The position numbers and the translations under genes were made by a program. Below the pieces are notes generated by a model. That model had not been told where the DNA came from and did not search any database. It saw only the letters and a list, made by a program, of their open reading frames with translations. From assembly GCF_006345805.1 (NCBI RefSeq), contig NC_043001.1, forward strand, positions 42,656,001-42,720,000: a stretch of DNA of 64,000 nt, given 5' to 3'. Each line of letters opens with the position of its first letter. Position 1 is the stretch's first letter. This DNA is from Octopus sinensis (lineage: Eukaryota). Shown piece after piece: positions 12,155-24,480 of the stretch.

Positions 12155-12389
12155 GTAAATCATCCAACAATTGTAGAAATGAAAATAAGACATAGTTTTA
12201 CTTTAACAAATTCCATTCAGTATTGAAAGTCAATTGACTTAGCCACCTGCTTGGTCACCATCACCACTGTTTGTCTCTTTGCAGTTCTTACAAATCATTC
12301 TCACCCTCTCTTTTAAATGTGAGTAGCTACCTAGCTCCTTTACAGCAAGAACCTGCTCTGCTCCTCTCCCCTTCTCTTTAATTCTTCAT

Positions 12390-12620
12390 CCCCTAGCATA
12401 AAGTCAACCTCCATCCTCTGGGTTCATAGTCTTGTAAGTTGCATGGCAACCTTATTAGTGCTGGTGACATGAAAAAAGTACTGTTGTAAAGTGGTTGGCA
12501 TTAGGAAGAGCATCCAGCCATAGAAACCATTCCAAAAAGACACTGGAGCATGATGTGATCCTTAGATTCATTAGATCATGTCAAACCACCCCAATCCATG
12601 CCAGCATAGAACATTGGGTA
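12390..12620 (+). mobile_element. RTE-tail-type repeat (LINE 3' UTR or SINE derivative)
   Basis: AAAGTGGTTGGCATTAGGAAGAGCATCCAGC core. Further + copies lie at ~10060-10140, 16020-16250, 19200-19380, 19590-19850 and 35660-36065. Confidence 0.65.
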
Positions 12621-12759
12621 TGTTCTATGCTAGCATGGGTTCATTATGATAATAAAAGGTTTATTCATGATTAATTATTAAATAAAAATTTTAAAATATT
12701 GAATTTGTATACTGTGTGTATGTGCATATATATATTTATATATATATATATATATATAT

Positions 12760-12806
12760 CATCATCATCATCATCGTTTAACGTCCGTTTTCCGCGCTAG
12801 CACGGG
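12760..12806 (-). mobile_element. Very short, young 5'-truncated RTE 3' end
   Basis: Exact reverse complement of the 3' terminus of the copy at 34150-34410, with (GAT)n tail. Confidence 0.85.
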
Positions 12807-12808
12807 TA

Positions 12809-13568
12809 GGGTGTGATGAGTAAATTGTTGCCATTTTATATTTTTAATTTCATGCATATGCATTGTTTGTTTTTGATTCTGTCAACTACAGTATAGTAAA
12901 GTAAGCTGGACATTGTCTGTGAGAAAAACAGTTCCATGATACAATTCACTCAACCAGAAATTTGGAAATAACATGCTGTACTGCTTAGCATTTGCGCTGG
13001 CAACTCCAATTCGAACATTTCAGAGTGTTTGGCTGTCAATCTGAGTACATGTACTGAGAGTGATAAAAATTAAACATCCAGTCAACATCATGGTGTTTGG
13101 AGTGATCACTAGTAATGGTGACGTTATGCTTCCATTCATCTTCCCACATGGCCTCAGACTCAACATGGAAGCCTACATCAAGTGCCTGGAGGAGGTAGTG
13201 CTGCCCTGGGTTAAGAGGGTGCAACCACATCACCCCTAACATCTAGCTACCTAACTTCCCAGACTGCAACCCCCCTTGATTATTATGTGTGGTGCGCACA
13301 CATAATGTAACACCAAAGATGAATTGTAGGCAAGTATTATGGCAGCATTCACCAACTTAAACAAGGAGACCATCAGAAGAGCTGCAGGAGATTCCGAAGT
13401 TGTCTAGAGACTGTGGTTGAAGCCAATGGTGGTTTTACTGAATAAATTTATTCTTTAGTACTTCAATATATTTTTATGTAATGTTGATAAATATATCTGT
13501 TAAGCTGAAATGTCAGTGTTATTTTAGGTTTTGCATAATTTAGACAACAGTTTATTCACCACACCCTC
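12809..13568 (+). mobile_element. Internally deleted Tc1/mariner-superfamily transposon
   Basis: Imperfect ~25-bp TIRs (GGGTGTGATGAGTAAATTGTTGCC / GACAACAGTTTATTCACCACACCCTC) flanked by TA. Transposase remnants KHPVNIMVFGVITSNGDVMLPFIF and PDCNPLDYYVW...VVEANGGF. Confidence 0.85.
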
Positions 13569-13574
13569 TATCAT

Positions 13575-14340
13575 CATTATCATCCTCATTGTTTAACATC
13601 TGCTTCCTATACTGGCATGGGCTGGACTGTTTGACTGAGGGCTGACAAGCCAGAAGGCTGCACCAGGCTCCAATCTGATCTGGCAAAGTTTCTACAGCTG
13701 GATGCCCTTCCTAATGCCAACATAAGTGTAGTGGGTGCTTTTATGTGCCACCAGCACAAGGGCCAGTCAGGCGGTACTGGCATCGACCACACTCAAATGG
13801 TGCTTTTTACGTGCCATTTGACAGGAGCCAGTCCAGCGACACTGGCAGTGACCACACTTGAATGGTGCTTTTAACATTCCACTTGCACGGTTGCCAATCA
13901 GACAGTATTGTCATCGGCCACAACAACAATTCCACTTGTCTCAACAGGTCTTTGCAGGCGTCGTTTATTATCCAATGAATGAAGGGCACTCTTAAATGGG
14001 CTGGTTATACAGCACTGGCATTTTCCATGTTATGGTCTCACTTGGCTTGCTGGGTTTTCTCAAGCACAACATATCGCTAAAGGTTTCGGCCACTTGTTAT
14101 TGCCTTAGTGAGGCCCAGTGTTTGATGGTCGTGCTTCACCATCCCAGGTCTTTCTGGGCCTACCTCTTCCACAGGTTCCTCAACTGCTAGGGTGTGACAC
14201 TTTTTCACACAGCTGTCCTCATCCATTTGCAACACATGACCATACCAGTGCAGTTGTCTGTCTTGCACACCACATCTGATGCTTCTTAAGTCCAACTTTT
14301 CTCTCAGGGTGCTTAGTCGTGTATGCACACTGACAGATAT
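13575..14340 (-). mobile_element. 5'-truncated, decayed RTE LINE (ORF C-terminus plus 3' UTR)
   Basis: LREKLDLRSIRCGVQDRQLHWYGHVLQMDEDSCVKKC; colinear with 43395-44300. Confidence 0.9.
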
Positions 14341-14464
14341 ATAGATATATATACATAGATAGATATGTATTTAAAAGACAAAATTAGAAAAGCAAAAAAG
14401 AAATCAAAGCTGTTATAAGGTTTATTGCATTTTCATTAACTACAAGATGTGTATTCTGTTTCAG

Positions 14465-14628
14465 GACTTACCTCTTGGATTGATGGACGACATCTTCGAT
14501 TTTATTAGCAAATTTGGAGAGAGGCTTGATGAAATTGATGCTCTTTTGACAGAAAACAGAATTTGGAAATCTAGAACAGTTGACATTGGTATTATATCAG
14601 CAGAAGATGCCCTCAATTATGGCTGTAG
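14465..14628 (+). CDS. NDUFS2: NDUFS2 exon 8
   Basis: [13 protein letters not shown]...[27 protein letters not shown]. Confidence 0.98.
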
Positions 14629-15124
14629 GTAAGTTCTGTAATATTTTCTTATGTCAGAAAAAAATACAAATGAGTACCACAAACTTTCTGCCTTCTAAAT
14701 TAATGCGTATGTTAATTTTGGTGAGAAGTGTGTGAAATTTAAATGTTGATATAAATATATTTGTATTGTAATTGTTTAAGTTAGAAGTCTAAGCTTTTGT
14801 GACATTAAACCTGTACTGAAATTTTATAGTATTTTAATATTCACTGATACAAGTGAACATTTATGTATGTATATCAGAATCAATTTGAAATTTTCTTTTG
14901 TCTTCTTATTCACTGGTTTATTTATAAAATTGCTTTAATATGCTGCCTCTTTATAGTAGCTTAATAACAAATATGAGTATTTCAGTATCAAAAAAAATAT
15001 TTAGTAATACATTCTACTTTAGTTTCATGTATGTATGTATGTATGTTTGTGCATATAAAGTAAATATATTCTTACTTTATGCAATTGTTATTTCTGTTAT
15101 CACTAAATCTTTTATGATCTTCAG

Positions 15125-15244
15125 TGGAGTAATGCTGCGTGGATCAGGAATCAAATGGGATTTGCGTAAAGTACAACCATATGATGCTTATGACAAAGTA
15201 GAGTTTGATATCCCAATTGGTCGTAAAGGAGATTGCTATGACAG
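15125..15244 (+). CDS. NDUFS2: NDUFS2 exon 9
   Basis: [39 protein letters not shown]. Confidence 0.98.
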
Positions 15245-15929
15245 GTAAAATCTTCTCTGGTATTTTGTATTTATTTAGTATATAGCCCAGTTACAGGGCC
15301 ACATGTGATAGCTGGTATGCAATAGCAGATCCCACATAGGCTTCCGTGACTTGCTGGACATTTCGTCAGCTACATGGAACTATCATAATTATCTTTATCT
15401 AGAAGTTTGTTTGTGGTCACTTAATTTCCTAAAAAAAAAAACGTAGCTACCAATCTCCTTTAAATCAAGCTTTCATTCTTATAAAGGACACATTAGTTAC
15501 TGTAGTCCTAGTGGAAACCAATAATGGTCATAGCTTGAATACCTTTCGTTATAGGTCTGCTCTGTGAGGACCTTGGGTTAAAGCACTATTTTAACTCAAT
15601 ATAAATGTACAATCAAAGAATTTCAAAGATTTTATTATTCACTTCAATTGTGAATACTTTGTGAGACAAGGTAATTTGTAGTCCCATTGTATTTCTCTGT
15701 TTTTTTTGTTTTTTTTTAATCTAATGTCCCTTATTGCATGGGTAATAATTTAGTGAACCAGTTGTTGATTCATTGGTTAAATCTATTATAACCAGTAGGT
15801 CTGTTTATAAAATTTAAAAAATAAAAAATCTAATATTGTTATATCTATTTGTGATCCTTTTTAACTAACATTACAACATTACCATAGAAGATAAAATTGA
15901 AACTCATGGGAAAAAAAAGTAAAACCTAA

Positions 15930-15930
<1 letters not shown>

Positions 15931-15967
<37 letters not shown>
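15931..15967. repeat. (TA)n microsatellite; similar tracts at ~269, 1115-1196, 2274-2303, 10370, 12728, 33540 (GA), 39778 and 42395
   Basis: Directly visible dinucleotide runs. Confidence 0.95.
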
Positions 15968-15969
<2 letters not shown>

Positions 15970-16313
15970 TCATCATCATACGTCCATCTTCCGATATATT
16001 TATCATCCACCTCTCTGTCACTCTCAAATACTACCTTGCCATTTAGTTAAGGAAGTTCTTTTCTTGCCTTGAAAGTTATGTCGTATCTTCACTAGTGCTG
16101 GTATCACAAAAAAAAAACAACCCCAGTACACTCTGTAAAGTTGTTGGCATTATGACATCCAGCTGTAAAAACCATATCAAAGCTGATACTGGAGCTGATG
16201 CAGCCTCATGACTCACCAGCATGGAAAAAAGATGTTAAATGATGAATGTTTTGTAAATAAATTCAGGTGCCAAAAATATAAGATTTGTAAAATTTATTTT
16301 CATGTATGTGCAG

Positions 16314-16443
16314 GTATTTAATCCGAATGGAAGAAATGAGACAAAGTCTGAATATTATTCATCAGTGTCTAAACAAAATGCCTCCAGGTGAAATAAAAGT
16401 AGATGATCACAAAATTTGTCCTCCTAAGAGAAGTGAAATGAAA
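16314..16443 (+). CDS. NDUFS2: NDUFS2 exon 10
   Basis: [43 protein letters not shown]. Confidence 0.98.
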
Positions 16444-17262
16444 GTAAGTTGTTTTTTATTAAGCAGCTCAGTAATTGCTTATTATTCTAGTTACTTGTAA
16501 TTTTAGTCAATCTTCATTTCTTACCCCTTCTTGTAGGCTAATTCATAATACCAGTTTAACCATTTTCCTTTACCTGATCTGCATATTACTCTAGTAGTTT
16601 CACTCTCCAGACAGTGGCTCAGTTGGGATACCACCTTCAACGATTTTAGTTGATCATATCAACTTTTGTACTTAATCTACTACTTATTTTATCAGTCTTT
16701 ATTTATGGAATGGCCTGCTGTAAATGTCACAATACATAACATTTGTTGACATTCCCTATTTAGTAAATCATCCTCTAGTTCTACATGTTTGAAGTAGAAT
16801 AAGTATCCCTTGCTTGAAAAAAATAGTAAGGTTAGAAACAGAGTCAAACAGCCAACTATAAAAAAAAATATCTGAGTTTATGAATTTGTCCAACTCATGC
16901 TAGCATAGAAAAACTGATGTAAAATTCATGAATGAACAGTGGACCACCACGGTTTCTGCTTAACAAAGTCAAAATGTTTATGAGCTTCATTCCTTTCTTT
17001 TATATCTGTTTTTCCATTGCTAAAATGAGTTGGTTGAAGACAAACTGAGGCATTTTTTTATGACTAGGCATCTTTCCTGTTGCCAAACCTAAATCGCCTT
17101 TCAAGTAAAGAATATTTTATATGACTATTCTTCATAAGCACAGTGCTACAGGATGTATTGTTTATAGTAAGTGTACACATTACATTAGCTTAAGCAGTAG
17201 CATGCAAAGATTATAGAATGCAAACCTCTATGTTCACACATGCACATACATGATGGAATGAT

Positions 17263-17400
17263 GCAAGAATGGCTGTGTGGTTATGAAGTTCACTTCACAA
17301 CCAGGTGTTCTCAGGTTCAATCCAAGTGCATGACATCCTGGGCCACTGACTTCTCTAGCTTTGTGAGTGAAATTGGTAGACAAATTCTATGAAAGCCAGT
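17263..17400 (+). mobile_element. SINE head, decayed; a second decayed copy lies on - at ~17840-17990
   Basis: GAATGGCTGTGTGGTTATGAAG...GGTTCAATCC...TTGTGAGTGAAATTGGTAGAC. Confidence 0.65.
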
Positions 17401-18130
17401 CATGTGTTTGTGTTGCACCCACTCTTATTTTCATCGATTTACTTGCCTTAGAATACAGAAGTATTGTGATGTTGGTACTACAAGAAAATGCACCTAGTAC
17501 TCTGTGTGATGTAGAAACCGGTGCAAATGATACTTATGATCACTAGGAAGTGGAGGTGGTGGTGGTGGTGGTGATGGTGGCTGCTACTGCAGTGTGTATG
17601 TATGTAGATGTTGTCATTTCCACTTCTTCACATGAGACCATCTGAGCAAAAATGGGGATGTCGTGTTTACATCCTATAGTTCTGCCTTTTTGAAATTTAA
17701 TGGAATGAAAAGAAAATGCTTCATATGAAAAATGGGCAAGGATTAGCAACAGGAAGAGTCAGGCTGTAAAATTCTGCTTCAGATAAAATCTGTCCAACCC
17801 ATACTGGCATGGAAAATAGATGTAAAACAAATGAATGATGGGCTTCCAGACAGCTTCCATGTACTAGATTCACTTACAAAACTTTGGTCAGCTTGAAGCT
17901 ATACTAGAAGACAGTTGCCTAAAGTGCCACACACTGGTGCCAAAACTACATAGTTATGAACTAAACTCCACATCCATACAACCATGCCTATATGTACATC
18001 TTTTTTTTTTATGTGACACTTATTTTTAAACAAAAACACCTGTGTTTTTAAACATTAGTTCCTGTGTTAAATGGTTTCTTACATTAACATGATTTGAGTG
18101 TTAATTTTTCAAATATTGTATTATTTGCAG

Positions 18131-18226
18131 TCTTCCATGGAATCACTGATCCATCATTTCAAGCTATACACAGAAGGTTATAATGTACCTCCTGGTAGTA
18201 CATACACTGCTGTGGAAGCACCAAAG
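18131..18226 (+). CDS. NDUFS2: NDUFS2 exon 11
   Basis: [32 protein letters not shown]. Confidence 0.98.
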
Positions 18227-18331
18227 GTATGTAACTAAACAAAAATCAAAGCAATAGATAACAAGTTTGATTTTTTTTTCATTATGCTTTCTGAAATGTA
18301 TTTCATCTTTAAAATTACTTTTGTTCTATAG

Positions 18332-18415
18332 GGTGAATTTGGAGTTTACCTTGTGTCAGATGGTACCAACAAACCTTATAGATGTAAGATTAAAGCTCCA
18401 GGATTTGCTCATTTA
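18332..18415 (+). CDS. NDUFS2: NDUFS2 exon 12
   Basis: [28 protein letters not shown]; donor GTGAGT. Confidence 0.98.
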
Positions 18416-20240
18416 GTGAGTATTACTGATATTTGTTACATGCTTTTTTTTTACTTGATTTCTTATTTAACTATTAATACATCATTGCATGTTTCTATTT
18501 TTCTTTATTGCTGCATTCACTGTGGTAGCCATTACCCATAGCTGTTAGGGGAAACTTTAAATTGGAAAAATGTAAAAGGGATTGTTGTAGTTAATATAGA
18601 ACTGAAGAATTGTATTGCAAGAACATTCATGAGGGAAGGTCATTTCATATAGCAGCAGTCTTAAGAATTCAGTGTTTATAGGGAGATTTTAGTCAAAGTA
18701 TATGTATTGAAAGCAATCTTTGCGATACTCGGAATGTATAGCTTACTTGAATTATGACATATTTTGATTGACAAGAACACTGATATTTAGTAGTTAATAA
18801 ACAACTATTATCAATAATTTGCTGTCTGTTCTGTCCCGCATTTAATATTACATTTTCACACACCCTACTTTACAATCAAATTACATCTCTTCTTCATACA
18901 CTGTGCTTATCTCTCCCTTCCCACTCCTGCAGCCTAATAATATCCCTGCCCTACTTGCATTTGTGCGAACTCCTTACTCATGACCCTGGGCCATCCCCTG
19001 CCATTCCATTTATATTCTCATTCTTCTGCCTTGAGAGTATGCCCTGGCATATTGCCACCATCACTCTTATTCTCTCTTACTCTTGCTCTCTTTTCTTTGA
19101 TTTCTTTCTTTCTCTCTCTCTTTCACTCTGATTGGGGTACCCATGTATCTCCTTTACAGTAAGACACCTATTTCTGTCCCTCTGTCATACCCTAACCTCT
19201 CATCACCTGGCACAAAGCCACCTCCTTCAATACCCACCCCAGTTCAAAAGACCTTTTTCATGCAAGTTACTTGTTGACTTCACCAATTCTGGTGCCATGT
19301 GAAGAAGCACCCAGTTTATGTTGTAAAGTGGTTGGCATTAGGAAGGGCACTGAGCTATAAAAACCATGCCAGAACAGATCCTCTCTTACACTTATGGAAC
19401 ATTTTCTGTCTCCTCTACTACTTATATTCCCCATCCATTTTCTCCTTTGGGTAGGCCCTCTCTCTCTCACTCAGTCTTTCCATCTTTCTCTCTAACTCTC
19501 TCCCACCTTCCTTTTTCCTACTAGGGTTGCCAAATATCTACTCTATAATAAGACAGCTATCTCTGCCCTTCTATCATACTCTAACCTCTTGCCTGACACA
19601 CAGTCACTTCTCACACTTCCATTCCCTCTCTCAGCCAGGAGGTCTTTGACTTGCAAGCTACTTGGTGACCTCACTGGTGCTAGTGATATGTAAAAAGCAC
19701 CTGTGCTAGTGCCATGTAAAAAGTAACTGGTATACTCTGTAAAGTGGTTGACGCCATAGAAACCAAGCAAAAACAATCAGAGCCTAGTGCAGCTCTGCTG
19801 TCGAACCCGTACCAGCATGGAAAGCAGACATTAAATGATGATGATGATATTTGATAGTTAATAAAGCTGAATGACATTTTAATATTTGCATTGGTTGCTT
19901 GATGAAAATCAGTGAAGATACTGAAATAAGTATTGTAATGGTTTTGTTGAGTGATTAATTATGACAACTTCAGATGAGACAAGTTTAATTACCTTTCTCT
20001 TAGCAATATTTTAAAATTTATGTAAAGAAAGGAAACTAATTTAATAATTCTCAGATTGGTAAAAATATAATTGATATGCAATAACTATGTTTACAGATTT
20101 GTGATTATGAATTACTTTCTGATTCTCAAGGTCAAACAAAACCACTTAGTACTTAATACTTCTCATGTTAAAAGAAATACTTCATTGAAAATTAGAATAT
20201 TTTTCCATTGTATTTACCATTTGCAAAAAATCTTTTTCAG

Positions 20241-20298
20241 GCTGCCCTGGACAAAGTTTCAAGGAAACATATGCTTGCTGATGTTGTTGCCATTATAG
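20241..20298 (+). CDS. NDUFS2: NDUFS2 exon 13
   Basis: AALDKVSRKHMLADVVAII; CAG|...|GTGAGG. Confidence 0.97.
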
Positions 20299-20584
20299 GT
20301 GAGGATTTATTCACTTTCTTTCATAATCTTTTGATGTTTTTCATTGCTAATATATGCAGGATAAGTTTACGATTTTATTATTATTATTATTTAAATAAAG
20401 CAAGCATTTTTCTAATTACATTCTACATAGTGCCATCATTTCTTACTGTAAAATTACATTGCTAGAAAGACAGACAAGCAAATATGTCTTGACTTAGAGT
20501 ACAAACTATGAGCAGTAGAATTTGAACTCAATATTTCACTGCTTTACAGTAAATAATTTCATACTGATAATATTAAAAATGATA

Positions 20585-21560
20585 TATAGAAAATGCATAG
20601 GCAGAAACTCAATAAGGTGTATCCTGTGCAGTCAATGGAAACATAAGAGGTGCAGCAATATCTGAGGAAGGTTAACAGGGAAAATAGTCTTTGTGTGTGG
20701 CAGATGTATTGGTACAATATACACTAGAAATGTACAGAAAATAGATTCCCTCAAATACCAGTGGGGGATACCTGCAAGTTGTTAATAGCTTTTATTATCT
20801 GGGTGACCAAGTCAGCAGTGGAGGTGGATGTTCCATGAATGTAACTGCTAGAAGAAGAATAGATTGGACAAAGTTCAGAGGGCTTCTAAATTTGTTGGTA
20901 ACAAAGAGCCTCTCCCTCAGAGTGAAAGGCAGATTGTATGATACCTGTGTGCAAACAGACATACTACACAGTAGTGAAATATGGGCTGTGACTGCAGAGG
21001 ATATGCGAAGGCTTGAAAGAAATGAAGCTAGTATGCTTCACTGGATGTGCGATGTCAGTGTACATGTACAATAGAGTGCAAGCATCTTGAGAGAAAAATT
21101 GGCATTAGAGGCATCAGATGTGGTGTATAAGAGACTATTGGTATGGCCGTGTGATACGTACAGATGAGAACAGCTGCATAAAGAAGTATCAATCTCTAGC
21201 TCTGGAGGGAACCTGTGGAAGAGGTAGACTCAAGAAGACATGAGATGAGGTAGTGATGCATCATGTTTGATTGTTGGGTCTCACAGAGGCAGTGACAAGT
21301 GATTGAGACCTTTGGCGATTTGCTGTGCCCGAAAAGACTTGTCAAGCTAAGTGATACTTACTTAGTCGTGGCCAGTGCTGGTGACATGTAAAAGGCACCC
21401 ACTACACTCTCTGAGTGGTTGGTGTTAGGAAGAGCATCTAGCCATAGAAACTATGCCAAATCAAACTGGAACCTGGTACAGCTCTCCAATTTGTCAGTTG
21501 CAGTCAAACTGTCTAACCTATGCCAACATGGAAAACAACAGATGCTAAATGATGATGTTG
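20585..21560 (+). mobile_element. 5'-truncated, decayed RTE LINE (PHD remnant, RT C-terminus, 3' UTR) in NDUFS2 intron 13
   Basis: GRNSIRCILCSQWKHKRCS..GRLTGKIVFVCGRC; KGRLYDTCV...SEIWAVTAEDMRRLERNEASML; (GAT)n-like tail. Confidence 0.9.
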
Positions 21561-22499
21561 ATGATTTAAAAATTTTCTTGTCTCTTTCTTTTTCAACTAG
21601 CCCTAAGTTTATCGTTAAAATATGTTTATTTGCTGTTCCACTTCCAAATTTTCTTTTCTAGTCTCTTTGCTTTTCTCAAAATTCTATACCGTGTATGTTT
21701 CCCCCTCTGTGTTGAACAACAACTGCCGTCTGTATACATGACATTAGATTACTTAACTAAAAATGCATAATAAATAATAGGCTTTAAAAAATAGAAAAAA
21801 ATAATACTGTTAAATGCTCTCTTATCATAAAACAAGACATTTAAACTTTCCTTCATTTTGACCTGCCTTTTATATTTTTGCAATACAGTTACATCATCAA
21901 TGATCTATTTTAGAGCTTACATCTCCAAGAATTGACTTTGTTTTCTGCAATATGTCTCATTTACTTTCTCTGTATAACATACTTCATGCAAATCATTCCT
22001 TCAAATTTATGCATGACCAGTGTAGCACTAGTTATTATATTGAACTTCATAGTAAGCTAGCAAAATGAAATACCATATTACATATGACTTTCAGATTTTA
22101 AGTCTTTCAAATATATCCCAAGAAACAAGCAATTCCTCTTTTTTTTAAATTACATTGCTTTAAATTTGCTAATTTTTAACTTTTGTAATTCTTAATTTTT
22201 CAAGTGCCCATCCAAAATTTCTGCTCTGACACTCAACATTACTTGCTCTTTATGAAAATGCATACATTTAAAATTCTTTATATTTTCAACAAGCAAAATA
22301 GGTAGTTGTAAAATCTGAAGAAGAGGTTTATATTTTTATTTTTGTTTGAAGTAGCTTTATCGTTGGATTTACTGCATAAAGTGGTATGAAAGTTGTTGAT
22401 AAAGATGGTTTTACTTAAATTGGTTCATGTAAATATGTAGTGCTCATCATAATGTTATGTAAATATAATATTGATTATAATGTTATTATTTTAACTCAG

Positions 22500-22537
22500 G
22501 AACATTGGACATTGTATTTGGTGAAGTTGATCGATGA
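22500..22537 (+). CDS. NDUFS2: NDUFS2 exon 14 (terminal coding exon)
   Basis: GTLDIVFGEVDR-stop, the conserved family C-terminus; spliced CDS totals 1401 nt. Confidence 0.98.
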
Positions 22538-22676
22538 AAACATAAGGTAGAGGGATGAAACAAATCTGTGAAGACCAGCCATGATATATTGAGAATTTAT
22601 TTACTTAATGGCTTTTACATATATTTATCAGAGTTTTATAGAATGTCGATAGACTTTTATAACAGCTGTTCTGAAA

Positions 22677-22682
22677 AATAAA
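22677..22682 (+). terminator. Candidate NDUFS2 polyadenylation signal
   Basis: First AATAAA after the stop codon (~140 nt), followed by GT/T-rich sequence. Confidence 0.5.
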
Positions 22683-22949
22683 CTTGTTGAATAGTCTCCC
22701 TGTGTTGTTTCTCTTATTTTATTGCATACGTACATGATAAAGCAAAATTTAAATGTAGAATGTTTGGCATAAAAAGACATGATCATATCTTATGATTTTC
22801 ATTTAAAGCATCAACCATTTGTCAACCAAATCATTTGGATAATTTCCAGCACAGAGGTTATTTGTATGTATGTCAGTAGCACATCTTTTTTTTTTTTTTG
22901 AGTTCTTACATTCCTGAAAAATATTTGTAGATGATGAGAAAAGAGATTG

Positions 22950-24480
22950 TGATGCATTTGGTCAACTTTTGTACAGGTATATATAGCATTATTTATAGAT
23001 TTCATTGGTGAAAGGCGGTTTTCTGGAGGTATCGATCCCAAGATATATAAGATATCAAAGTCCAAAATTGCTTAAGGTTTTAAGAGGGAAGCAACCCTAT
23101 AATATCAAGGTATATACTGAGAGCATGCATTAAGTGTTGAGAAAGTTCACTGGAGTGATTTAGCATGGTGATGTATTTTTACCTTCTGGCAATGGACACA
23201 ATTCTTGGCCCATTCTCTGTGTTAATAAAAGTCTACCAATACATCTTGGATTTCTTGAACTATCTCGAGTGGCATAGTACTTATAATATAGGAAACACAT
23301 GCTGTCTGCCAAAATCCAATGAGAAATTGTTCCTCGAGATAAATGAACCGTACAATGGGATAATGAATACAGAAAGACATGATCCTTAGGGATACTACAG
23401 ATTGTATAGAAGTTGAAAAGCACAACTGGTTGTTCTTTGGGCATCTCATATGTGCAAAGCGTTCTGTAGCAAGAAAAAAATTGCTGAGATGTTGCTTGTG
23501 AAAGTTCACTCAAGAACATGTTGGATAAAAAATTCTTTGATTCATTGTTGCTAAGGTCACCAGTGTAACAATAGGATAATGAACCAAAGTTGATGAAATG
23601 AACAAGTCAAAATTCATCATATATTTCTCATTACTTCTGAAAGAAATACCCTGATACAGCAAAAATAGAATAGAAAAACAGTTCATTTCACAATAGAGGT
23701 GTGTCCTTTAGGTAGAGAAGGAATTTTCTGCATACTGATGACTGTTGATATACCTGAATGGTTAAGTAGTGTACATATTTTGCTGACAGTCAGGTTGTTG
23801 AAACAGAATTAGCCAAAATTTTCACATGACAAGTTCTGTTGGGCTTATAATGTGATCAGTTATGGAAAGAATTTCACTTGCAGTCTTACTTCATTACTCA
23901 TAACCCTGCTTCTATTGTCTTTACTTATCAATAGCATCTTGTCTCATGGACTTCTCACTGACTACAAGAATCAACAAGCTGCTCAAAACTGATGACCAGG
24001 TCGAATCTGTCCATGTGTTCGCCTGACTCTGTTTGCTACTCTCTTCATTGGATTTGTAGCAGAGGTTTCTACAGATTCATTAGAATTTTAACTGACATCA
24101 ATCAAAGAATATGATGTGTATGTTGAGTCTAATTGATAAGCTTTTTCTTAATGTTCTCACATCTGCAAGTTGTTTTGACCAAATTCCAAAAATTCTAGGA
24201 AAACCATTGGTCGGATATTTGCTGATGTGACAAATACCAGTTACATTTCGTGTTGGAGCATGAAAAAGTTCCAAGAATGAATCATGGTATACATTTGCTA
24301 CACACCCATTCATTGACCCTTGACTCATCTTCGGCTGCATACTAAAAATTACACCATGTTATTCCTCCCTTGAATGTTGGCACGCTGGAATTTCGTCTTT
24401 GCACACATCAACATTTGTTAACATACAACAGTTTAAGTGGCACCAGTTACAGTGTTGGAGGACTCGCAAAGGATGCTACT
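22950..24480 (-). mobile_element. Probable highly degenerate hAT (ZMYM1/THAP12-like) transposase relic
   Basis: Fragments resembling the catalytic region (MSFCIHY...LEEQFLIGF...EIQDVL) and an upstream TNGF-type zinc-finger region; many stops; no TIRs identified. Confidence 0.35.

Noticed and set aside
9740-16443. Extra cysteines in octopus NDUFS2 (NEQC, NYGC, KICP) as a redox adaptation
   Set aside because: At least NEQC is, as I recall, common in invertebrate orthologues, and two human cysteines are lost. It cannot be assessed without an alignment.
8244-22537. Nuclear mitochondrial insertion (NUMT) or bacterial nuoD contamination
   Set aside because: The gene has 13 spliceosomal introns and a targeting peptide; it is the normal nuclear gene.
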